DNA of 64,000 nucleotides, taken from assembly GCA_965140415.1 (NCBI GenBank), contig OZ223209.1:5024001-5088000 (forward strand), given 5' to 3'. The notes under the pieces are model-generated. The model was not told where the DNA came from and searched no databases. It was given only the letters and a program-made list of their open reading frames with translations. This stretch comes from Myxococcota bacterium (GTDB lineage Bacteria > Myxococcota_A > SURF-8). This document shows positions 49,601 to 57,385 of this stretch, piece by piece. Every line of letters begins with the position of its first letter. Position 1 is the stretch's first letter. A program made the translations under genes and the position numbers.

Positions 49601-49816
49601 GACCTGCTGCAACTCCCCAGCCTGTGGAAATCGCAAAAGAACAACGGCTTTACCTTGGAAAAGAACCAGTGGGACGGAAAAATGAACTATTACACGGCAA
49701 ACGGCATTGCCTCGCCGCGCTACGTTCAGTATCCGCGCCAGTTGCTCTTTGGTGAAACCGTCGGCGGAGAAACCATTCCTACCCGCGTCTTTTTCTTTAT
49801 CCGAGGGAAGATTTAG
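46613..49816 (+). CDS. TonB-dependent receptor with an extra N-terminal Ig-like domain
   Basis: Plug motifs [28 protein letters not shown] and [29 protein letters not shown]; C-terminal barrel strands. Confidence 0.92.
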   Translation: [1067 protein letters not shown]

Positions 49817-49876
49817 AGACGGAATTCATCAAACATAAAATTCTTTCTAACCCATTGCGACTGCCATAAACAAACA

Positions 49877-49898
49877 CCGGGCGGGAAAACCCGCCCGG
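49877..49898. terminator. Hairpin between convergent genes
   Basis: CCGGGCGGG-AAAA-CCCGCCCGG. Confidence 0.7.
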
Positions 49899-49943
49899 CA
49901 TTGTCATCAACTTGAGGAAGGAAGATGAGGGGGAACCGGAAAC

Positions 49944-50387
49944 TTAGGATACGACCGGAATCTGCTTGGGCAGTACGGCTTCGCGCTTGGGAATACGAAC
50001 TTCCAGGACACCATTGGTCAGTTTAGCACTGATTTCATCCGTGTTGACCGTTTCGCCCAGGCGGAAGGAACGTTGGAATTCGCCGCTGTAGCGTTCGGTG
50101 AAATGCACTTTTTCGCTTTCCTCATTGATTTCCGTTTTACGTTCGCCGGAGATGGTCAATACACCCTTTTCCACCGACATATTCACGTCGTCCTTGGTCA
50201 GACCGGGCAAATCCATTGTGAGCAGATAGCCGTTTTCGTTTTCGGTGATATCCACCGGCGCGCTCCACTGATTCGTGCAGCAGTTTTCAAGGTGCCGACG
50301 ACGTCCGCTGTAGAAGTCGTTGAGGAAATTGTTGGTAAAAGTACGACGGCTCGGATTCAGGTAGTTGCGAGTGATGAGGTAAGACAT
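49944..50387 (-). CDS. Hsp20/alpha-crystallin small heat-shock protein
   Basis: PVDITE, DLPG, LTISGER, ERYSGEFQRSF and NGVLEVRIPK; AAGGAG Shine-Dalgarno. Confidence 0.95.
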   Translation of the reverse strand: MSYLITRNYLNPSRRTFTNNFLNDFYSGRRRHLENCCTNQWSAPVDITENENGYLLTMDLPGLTKDDVNMSVEKGVLTISGERKTEINEESEKVHFTERYSGEFQRSFRLGETVNTDEISAKLTNGVLEVRIPKREAVLPKQIPVVS

Positions 50388-50621
50388 GATGTTCTCCTTT
50401 ATGATAACTTTTGTTGTTTTTCACTAACCTGGCCGACTCTCTCTCGGCCTCTCTCATTTTCAGAACCGGTTCAGCGTTCCGTTAGGTAGAAACTAAGAAC
50501 GCTTTCTCCACTGTCAAGTCAGAGAAAAACTTTTTTGTAATGATTTTAGATTAGTTATTAATGGTAATGGAGAAAAGCAGATTGGACCAGACTTCGTTTT
50601 TTAACGAAATGACAAGAGAAT

Positions 50622-51842
50622 TTACTGGGATAAACCATCCCCATCCGGGTAAGGAATCGAATCTTCATCGGCAGGATAGGAGGCTTCTGCGTCCCTTTGT
50701 TCTTGATCGATATCATTGAAATCTCTATCGAAGTCGAGTTCCGAATCGCCATCGGGAATGAAATCGCCGTCTACCACGAGATCGCCATCAAGAACGAGGT
50801 CGCCGTCCACAATGACATCGCCATCTGAATCGAGATCACCATCGAGCATCACATCGCCATCCGGTGGCCATGGGTTTTCCGCTTCTTCTGCTTCTGCTTC
50901 AGCTTCTGCTTCAGCTTCGGATTGGTCCAAATCTCCGTCGGGTGGTTGCAATTCACCGGTGACGTTCAACTCATAAGCGCCGTGTGAGCGCTCCGTGTTT
51001 GTTTGATATCCGGCATCGACGACCAGGAAATATCTCCCGCGCTCCGTGGCGGTAAACGAAAGGGTTTCCGTTTTACCCGCCCAGTTGCGGTCGCTGCCTT
51101 CCAAGCACACGGCCAGATTGGAACATTCCGAAGCGATCAGCAGAGCCGGATCGTACTCTTCGCTTAACGGCGTCAGCTCCGCCCGCAACGAATCACCGCT
51201 GCGCATGTCGATGGCGTATACGTGATCTTCTCCCATCACGCCCCAATCGAAACAACTGGTCTGCACGCGGAAATCGTCACCGGCTTCGAAGGTATCGTCA
51301 CTGACGGAAAACGGCAGTTCGGTAATCCATCCATCCGCTTGGCAGGGTTTCCAGGCCGGGTTGCACAGGCAGTCGTCCATGCCCGTATCCGGGTCATAGC
51401 TGCAACCGGTCGCTAAACCGCCGTTGCGCTCGGCGCAGATGCTGTCACAGTTTCGAAGCACAAACTGTCCTTCTTCACAAACACACAATTCTAAGTCGAA
51501 ACAGACCGTTGGATCTTGCGCCTGGCAGGTACCCGAACACGAGAAGGGTTCGCCGTCCCAGTCGCCGGGAGGGTAGTTCCAATCCGCCATTTCGGCGTCG
51601 CCGTCTACCGGTGTTTCCGGGTTCGAATCCAGATCGCCATCCGACATGGGAGGCTCGATTTCCTGCTCTCGGCTATCGCCATCCACACTGTCGCCGTCAC
51701 TGGTGCTTTCGTTGTCATCGCCATTACAACCCATCAGCAATAGCATCGCCAGCAGCAAGAAACAGTACGCCACCCAGGCGGCATTACTTGCCTGTGCTGC
51801 TTGCCGGTGCAACGGCTGCTGGTGTTTATGCAACGGATGCAT
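50622..51842 (-). CDS. Lipoprotein with DGD repeats, a Cys-rich module and a PPC-like domain
   Basis: Lipobox LMGC; DHVYAI...YFLVVD...GAYELNV; C-terminal 7 x DGDxxx (50736-50861). Confidence 0.75.
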   Translation of the reverse strand: MHPLHKHQQPLHRQAAQASNAAWVAYCFLLLAMLLLMGCNGDDNESTSDGDSVDGDSREQEIEPPMSDGDLDSNPETPVDGDAEMADWNYPPGDWDGEPFSCSGTCQAQDPTVCFDLELCVCEEGQFVLRNCDSICAERNGGLATGCSYDPDTGMDDCLCNPAWKPCQADGWITELPFSVSDDTFEAGDDFRVQTSCFDWGVMGEDHVYAIDMRSGDSLRAELTPLSEEYDPALLIASECSNLAVCLEGSDRNWAGKTETLSFTATERGRYFLVVDAGYQTNTERSHGAYELNVTGELQPPDGDLDQSEAEAEAEAEAEEAENPWPPDGDVMLDGDLDSDGDVIVDGDLVLDGDLVVDGDFIPDGDSELDFDRDFNDIDQEQRDAEASYPADEDSIPYPDGDGLSQ

Positions 51843-51952
51843 GTCTTTCCGATTCCTCTTGCATGGCGATTATCACAAACCGCCTACCCTTCTCCATTTA
51901 CTGTAACAAGCTTTGTCACGGGCGGCAAGAGGATTGTCGAACAGCCTTCAGG

Positions 51953-52645
51953 CTAGAGCCAATGCAGGGTGAACATCAGTGTGTAATAGGCGCCGACCGC
52001 CAGGAAGATCAGGGCGGTGAGACGTCGCATCCAACGTTCGATTGTGGTTAACAGGTTGAAAGCGCGGGAGAGTCGCTGGGTGGCGAAAGCCAACAGCAGA
52101 GAAAAAGCAACGACCGGAAGCGCCGTTCCGATGCCATAGACCAACGGCAAAAGCAGGCTGAATTGATGCTGTAAAGCCAGTGGAATCAAACTACCGAAAA
52201 ACAAGGCTGCGGAAACCGGACAAAAAGCCAGCGCGAACAAAACACCCAGAAGCAATGCGCCCCAGACACCCCATCGATCGGCACGTTGTTGCATCTGCTC
52301 GGAAACTCCGGAACTGCCGAAAGATATCGGCAGAACGTCCAGCAGCAATAACCCGGCCAGAATCAAAATCGGCCCCAATAAACGATTCATGTTTTGTTGC
52401 AGAAAATTGGCAACGATTGGAATGGAGGATAAACCTGCAATTACCAAAGCCGCCACCACGACATAGGCGACCATACGTCCCACGGTATACAGCAGACCGC
52501 TTATCAGCACCAGCCGGGGACGTTCAACGCGTTTGCCGATGTAGCTGATGGCGGTAATATTCGTAGCCAATGGACAGGGACTGATCGACGTCAGAATGCC
52601 TAGCCACAAGGCGCTACCAAGGCCAACCCAGAAAGCAAGCATCAC
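51953..52645 (-). CDS. arsG: ArsG-like (CcdA/DsbD-fold) membrane protein
   Basis: LTSISPCPLATN, ALAFCPVSAALFFG and GIGTALPV; ars cluster context. Confidence 0.75.
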   Translation of the reverse strand: MMLAFWVGLGSALWLGILTSISPCPLATNITAISYIGKRVERPRLVLISGLLYTVGRMVAYVVVAALVIAGLSSIPIVANFLQQNMNRLLGPILILAGLLLLDVLPISFGSSGVSEQMQQRADRWGVWGALLLGVLFALAFCPVSAALFFGSLIPLALQHQFSLLLPLVYGIGTALPVVAFSLLLAFATQRLSRAFNLLTTIERWMRRLTALIFLAVGAYYTLMFTLHWL

Positions 52646-53154
52646 ACGCCATCCAGGTAGTTGCGGATTTCAGCAGCGACATAAGCGATGTAATCGGGCG
52701 GATGATGGACGTGCTCCCAGATTTTGTCGCAGTTTTTCCATTTTATCTGCTTGCCGTCTTTGATCGCGGAGAGCACCAGGGATTTGGTGAAAAGCTGATA
52801 ATCCTGGGTGAAATGCTTGTTTTCTTCCCGATCCGTATTGACGACCTTCCATTGCAGCTTTCCGCTTTTCAACTCCTCGGCAAAGGTTTCCTTGATCGTC
52901 TGATCTGCCAGTTGCTCCATGGTCGTGCAGGTCTTGCAGCGGTAATCCCCGTGGAAATAATACACGATTACCGTGTCGGGAATCGTAACGACTGCCGGCT
53001 TTGCAGCTTTGGTATTGCTCGTATCGGCGGCAGCCTTCTGCGGCGTTGCAGATGGCACCGGCTCCGGCGTGGCTTGCGTCTCCGCCTGACTGCAAGCCGT
53101 CGTAAACGATAACAAGACAAAACACAGAATAAAAAGTGTGAAAAGATACTTCAT
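52642..53154 (-). CDS. arsF: ArsF-like exported thioredoxin-fold lipoprotein
   Basis: Lipobox TTAC and VYYFHGDYRCKTC. Confidence 0.72.
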   Translation of the reverse strand: MKYLFTLFILCFVLLSFTTACSQAETQATPEPVPSATPQKAAADTSNTKAAKPAVVTIPDTVIVYYFHGDYRCKTCTTMEQLADQTIKETFAEELKSGKLQWKVVNTDREENKHFTQDYQLFTKSLVLSAIKDGKQIKWKNCDKIWEHVHHPPDYIAYVAAEIRNYLDGV

Positions 53155-53167
53155 GGTGTTTCCTTGT

Positions 53168-53404
53168 TTATACCAGCAGTTTTTTCAACGCATCCATCGG
53201 CGGCAACTTGCCCACACTTTTAACTTCGCCGTCCACCACCAATCCCGGCGTCATCATCACGCCCTTGGCCACGATCTGCTGAATGTCCTCCACCTTGACG
53301 ACTTCCGCCTCGATACCCATTTCCCCCACCGCCTGCTGCGTCAGTTGAAACAGCTTCTTGCATTTGGCGCAACCCGTTCCAAGAATCTCGATCTTTTTCA
53401 TCAT
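53168..53404 (-). CDS. Small thioredoxin-like protein (MTH895/ArsE type)
   Basis: ILGTGCAKC and GVMMTPGLVVDG. Confidence 0.88.
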   Translation of the reverse strand: MMKKIEILGTGCAKCKKLFQLTQQAVGEMGIEAEVVKVEDIQQIVAKGVMMTPGLVVDGEVKSVGKLPPMDALKKLLV

Positions 53405-53412
53405 TCATCCTT

Positions 53413-54633
53413 CTAGTTTGCTTTATTCGTTTGAAAAGGAGTCCGTAAGAAGGCAAAGGCCAGCACGATGGCAGCCAATGCGGCGCAGGCCGCACCCAGT
53501 CCCAATGCAACGGAAGCACCGTACTGTTGCCACAGAAAACCCGCCATGACCGAAGCAGGCAAGGCCGACACGCCGATGGCGAGATGGTAAGCGCCGAAAC
53601 CTTTCCCGCGCTGCCTCGACTTCACCAGATCCGCCGTCAGCGCTTTTTCCGGGCCTTCGGTCAGGCCGTAGTACAGTCCGTACAAAACAAACAGCGGCCA
53701 GACCTGCCAGGCTGCCTGTGAAGACGCAAACAGGAAATACACCACGGCGTACAACATCCAACCGGCAAGAATCACCGGCACACGTCCGAAGCGGTCGGAC
53801 AGCCCCCCGCAGGGAGTAGCCCAGATGGTTTTACTCAGATGCAGCACAACCCACATAATCGGAGCTAGATAATCCGGCACGCCGAGTTCGTGAGCGTGCA
53901 GGATCAGAAAGACATCGGTCGAATTTCCAAGCGTAAAGAGAATCATGGCCACAAGAAACACACCGAACTGTCGCCGCTCCTGCTTGGTGGTTTCCGGCTG
54001 CGAAGATTCGTCAGCTTCTTTACTCACTTCACGCTTCGGTACCACTTCCTTTACAGCAAACACGACAAACGCGATGGTTAGCAGGCTGGGTACCGCCGCC
54101 AGCAGGAAAATCGTTCGCAGGTCCAGTTGCAAACCGTACAGCAGCGCAAAAGCGATCAGCGGACCGACCACCGCCCCGGCGTGATCCATCGCCCGATGAA
54201 AACCGAAGGCGCGTCCGCGCATATCGGGCCGAACCGACTCCGCCAGCAGCACGTCTCTGGGTGCGGTGCGAAGCCCTTTGCCAACGCGATCCAGACCGCG
54301 CAGAGTAACCAGATGCCAGCCTGCCGTAATCAAACCAAAAAGCGGACGAGTAGCCGAAGCCAGCACGTAACCGGCCACCGCCAGCGGCTTCCGGCGTTGC
54401 AGGCGGTCGGACCACCAGCCGGAGAAATACTTCAACAATGCCGCAACCGCTTCCGCGATTCCTTCCATCACACCTAGAATCTGCGGACCCAGACCAAGCG
54501 TCTGCGTGACGAACAACGGCAGCAGCGGTACGATCATCTCGCTGGCACTGTCGTTGAAAAAACTGACTAGACCTAATGCCTTGACCTGGCGCGGCAGTTT
54601 CTCTTTGCTGTTCTTTTTCGCATTCAATGGCAA
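53413..54633 (-). CDS. MFS transporter
   Basis: GWWSDRLQRRK, DRVGKGLRTAPRD and GRAFGFHRAMDHAGA. Start may be 54627. Confidence 0.9.
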   Translation of the reverse strand: MPLNAKKNSKEKLPRQVKALGLVSFFNDSASEMIVPLLPLFVTQTLGLGPQILGVMEGIAEAVAALLKYFSGWWSDRLQRRKPLAVAGYVLASATRPLFGLITAGWHLVTLRGLDRVGKGLRTAPRDVLLAESVRPDMRGRAFGFHRAMDHAGAVVGPLIAFALLYGLQLDLRTIFLLAAVPSLLTIAFVVFAVKEVVPKREVSKEADESSQPETTKQERRQFGVFLVAMILFTLGNSTDVFLILHAHELGVPDYLAPIMWVVLHLSKTIWATPCGGLSDRFGRVPVILAGWMLYAVVYFLFASSQAAWQVWPLFVLYGLYYGLTEGPEKALTADLVKSRQRGKGFGAYHLAIGVSALPASVMAGFLWQQYGASVALGLGAACAALAAIVLAFAFLRTPFQTNKAN

Positions 54634-54636
54634 CTC

Positions 54637-55806
54637 CTAGCTAAATAGCGCACCGTAAAGCAACCCGCTAAGCGTAGACATCACAATAACCAACAACACG
54701 TAAACCACGGTCTTCTTCGTTCCCAATACACTGCGAATGACCAGCATGTTCGGCAATGACAGTGCCGGACCGGCCAGCAATAACGCCAGCGCCGGACCTT
54801 TACCCATTCCCGCGCCGAGTAAACCTTCCAAGATCGGGACTTCCGTTAAGGTGGCGAAATACATGAACGCCCCCACCACCGAGGCAAACAGGTTCGCCCA
54901 CAATGAATTGCCACCCACCAGGCCGCTGACCCACTGGGAAGGGATGACGCCCTCGTGTCCCGGTCGGCCCAGTAGAAAACCGGCGGCCAGCACACCAATG
55001 AACAGCAGAGGCAGCACCATCTTGGCGTATTCCCAGGAGGAAGCGCCCCATTCGCTCAGTTCGTCACGCGTGAACCAGCGCCACAACACACCCGCCAGCA
55101 TCAGCAGCAATATCCCGCTGATCCACCATTTGGCGGCATAAATCAATCCCCAGATTCCGGCATCACCGGCCTGTGGTTGTCCCCAGTTGGCGAACACGAG
55201 AATTCCGACCATCAGGAAGAAATATAGCAGATCCTGTGCGCCGCTGCGCGCGGTCTGCATGGCGGGCATTTCCGGTAACGACGCCGCTTTTTCCGCTTCT
55301 TCCTTGCGGAAAATAAAGGCCATGCACAAACCGATCACGACCGAGAAGACGATTGCGCCGATGGCTCGCGCCAGCCCCAGTTCCGTTCCCAGAACACGCG
55401 CCGTTAAAATGATCGCCAGCACGTTGATGGCCGGGCCGCTGTATAGAAAGGCCGTCGCCGGTCCAAGCCCCGCGCCACGCGCGTAGATTCCGGCAAACAA
55501 TGGCAGCACCGTGCAGGAACAAACCGCCAAAATCGTTCCGCTGCTGGCGGCAACACCGTAAGCCACCGTGCGCTTGGCCTGTGCACCCAGATATTTCATT
55601 ACCGAAGCCTGCGAAACGAAACTGGCAATGGCTCCGGCGATGAAGAAAGCCGGAATCAGGCAAAGAATCACATGTTCGCGTGCATACCATTTCGATAACG
55701 CCAGCGCCTCATGCAAGGCACCTAAAAATCGGGCGTTTTCGACCGGCAGAAACCAGAGCGCCGCAAACACGGCGAGAAAGAGTAGAAAGAGTTTGCGTTC
55801 CGACAT
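54637..55806 (-). CDS. arsP: ArsP/DUF318 family permease
   Basis: LAVCSCTVLP, FLYSGPAIN, YFATLTEVP and GPALSLP. Confidence 0.85.
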   Translation of the reverse strand: MSERKLFLLFLAVFAALWFLPVENARFLGALHEALALSKWYAREHVILCLIPAFFIAGAIASFVSQASVMKYLGAQAKRTVAYGVAASSGTILAVCSCTVLPLFAGIYARGAGLGPATAFLYSGPAINVLAIILTARVLGTELGLARAIGAIVFSVVIGLCMAFIFRKEEAEKAASLPEMPAMQTARSGAQDLLYFFLMVGILVFANWGQPQAGDAGIWGLIYAAKWWISGILLLMLAGVLWRWFTRDELSEWGASSWEYAKMVLPLLFIGVLAAGFLLGRPGHEGVIPSQWVSGLVGGNSLWANLFASVVGAFMYFATLTEVPILEGLLGAGMGKGPALALLLAGPALSLPNMLVIRSVLGTKKTVVYVLLVIVMSTLSGLLYGALFS

Positions 55807-55821
55807 TAGGATATCTCCACC

Positions 55822-56661
55822 CTAGCCTTTACGACCTACGAACTTGGCACTGTAGATCTTTCCTTCCAACGCTTGCGCCACCCCCGCCACCATTTCCTTG
55901 GGGATTGCGCCTCCCCCGCAGCAGGCAAAGGCATCACGCGGAATTTCGGACTGCGCCAGGCTTGTGAGCTGCGACAAGTCGTACATGAAGCGCTCGGCTA
56001 CTTCGACCTGCTGCAACCCCGCGTTTTTCAATCCTTCCAGATAGTGTTGCTCGCTGATGGCCCCGCCGATACAGGCGCTGTACAATGTCATGCTTTCGCG
56101 CACCCAACCGGGCAAATCTTCCACCACGATATCCGAAATGCTGATGCGTCCACCCGGTTTGAGTACACGCGCGATTTCGGCAAAGACTTTGTCTTTTTCC
56201 GGTGACAGGTTGATCACACAGTTGGAAATGACCCAATCGACGGAATTGTCCTCGACCGGAAGCTGTTCGATGATGCCCTTACGGATTTCAACCTGCCCGG
56301 CACCGGCCTTCTCGATGTTGGCACGAGCATGAGCGATCATTTCGTCGGTCATATCCACACCGATCACTTTTCCGGCTGATCCCACTTTTTCCGCCGCAAT
56401 CAACAAATCGATACCAGCACCACTACCCAGATCCAGCACCGTCTGACCCGGTTCAACCTCACTGAAAGCCAATGGATTACCACAACCGAAACTGTTTTGC
56501 ACCGCATCCTGGGGCAAGACATTCAATTGGTTCTTATCGTAGCCCGCAGTCTGCACCGACACGCCTTGAGGCAAGCCTGGACCGCAGCAGCCACAACCTT
56601 GTGTAACGCTATTGCCGTAAAAGCCGGAAACCTGTTTGCGAATATCGTCTTGCTCATTCAT
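55822..56661 (-). CDS. arsM: Arsenite S-adenosylmethionine methyltransferase
   Basis: GCGCCG, SFGCGNP, VLDLGSGAGID, GVDMT, ISNCVINL and ACIGGA. Confidence 0.92.
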   Translation of the reverse strand: MNEQDDIRKQVSGFYGNSVTQGCGCCGPGLPQGVSVQTAGYDKNQLNVLPQDAVQNSFGCGNPLAFSEVEPGQTVLDLGSGAGIDLLIAAEKVGSAGKVIGVDMTDEMIAHARANIEKAGAGQVEIRKGIIEQLPVEDNSVDWVISNCVINLSPEKDKVFAEIARVLKPGGRISISDIVVEDLPGWVRESMTLYSACIGGAISEQHYLEGLKNAGLQQVEVAERFMYDLSQLTSLAQSEIPRDAFACCGGGAIPKEMVAGVAQALEGKIYSAKFVGRKG

Positions 56662-56728
56662 AGCTGGATTCCTCCGATACATGCAACGTTGTCTTTTAAC
56701 TTGGTTTAGCTAACCTAAAACAAGCTTC

Positions 56729-57040
56729 CTATTCCTTACGCAATTGCAGCACCCGGTTGGTGCAACTGAACATATCCAGCACGCAAGGCGTCAGCAGGCG
56801 ATAGCGCACCGTGTTGCCATCTTTGCGGTTGTCCACGATTCCCGCCGCCAGCAATACGGATAAATGCTTGGAAACCGTCGATATATCCAATTCGACCGCA
56901 GCGGCCAGATCGCCGACGGAGCACTCGCATTCTTTGAGCCAGTCAACGATCATCAGCCGGGCTTCATTGGCCAGCGCTTTATGAATGCGCGCCTGCTGTT
57001 TGTAGTCTCCGCGCGATTTTTTTGGTGTACAGCATGTCAT
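56729..57040 (-). CDS. arsR: ArsR/SmtB family repressor
   Basis: KALANEARL, ECSVGDL, STVSKHL..L..AGIV and VRYRL; several Cys residues. Confidence 0.92.
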   Translation of the reverse strand: MTCCTPKKSRGDYKQQARIHKALANEARLMIVDWLKECECSVGDLAAAVELDISTVSKHLSVLLAAGIVDNRKDGNTVRYRLLTPCVLDMFSCTNRVLQLRKE

Positions 57041-57046
57041 GTCGCA

Positions 57047-57078
57047 AGTATTTGGCTATTTGGCCAATTAGTCAAGTA
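57047..57078 (-). promoter_or_regulatory. ArsR operator palindrome overlapping a sigma70-like promoter
   Basis: 30-bp imperfect palindrome TATTTGGCTATTTGGCCAATTAGTCAAGTA (24/30 symmetric). Minus strand reads TTGACT-N17-AATACT, 6 nt before the ATG. Confidence 0.65.
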
Positions 57079-57385
57079 AAAAAAGAATCGGTTTTGGTTT
57101 TTTTCTGACATTGCATGTGTGTTTCAGGTTGCCTTTCAATTTGTTTTCTGATAATACATATAGGTATACTTGGTTGACTGAAATCCAGCTCCTGCTCAAA
57201 CTCCTGCGATATTTACAATTCTTTCCTGATATCAAGCCCTTCCTGCCGATCTGATTCGCGTTCGAAATTTGCCGGATCAACTACAGCTTTTGCGAATCCC
57301 GATTTTCGATCCTCAACCAAGTCGATTGTCTCAGGTTCTTTCGCTTGCTGATTTCATGCAAGCTCACCACATTCAGGTGCAGCAA

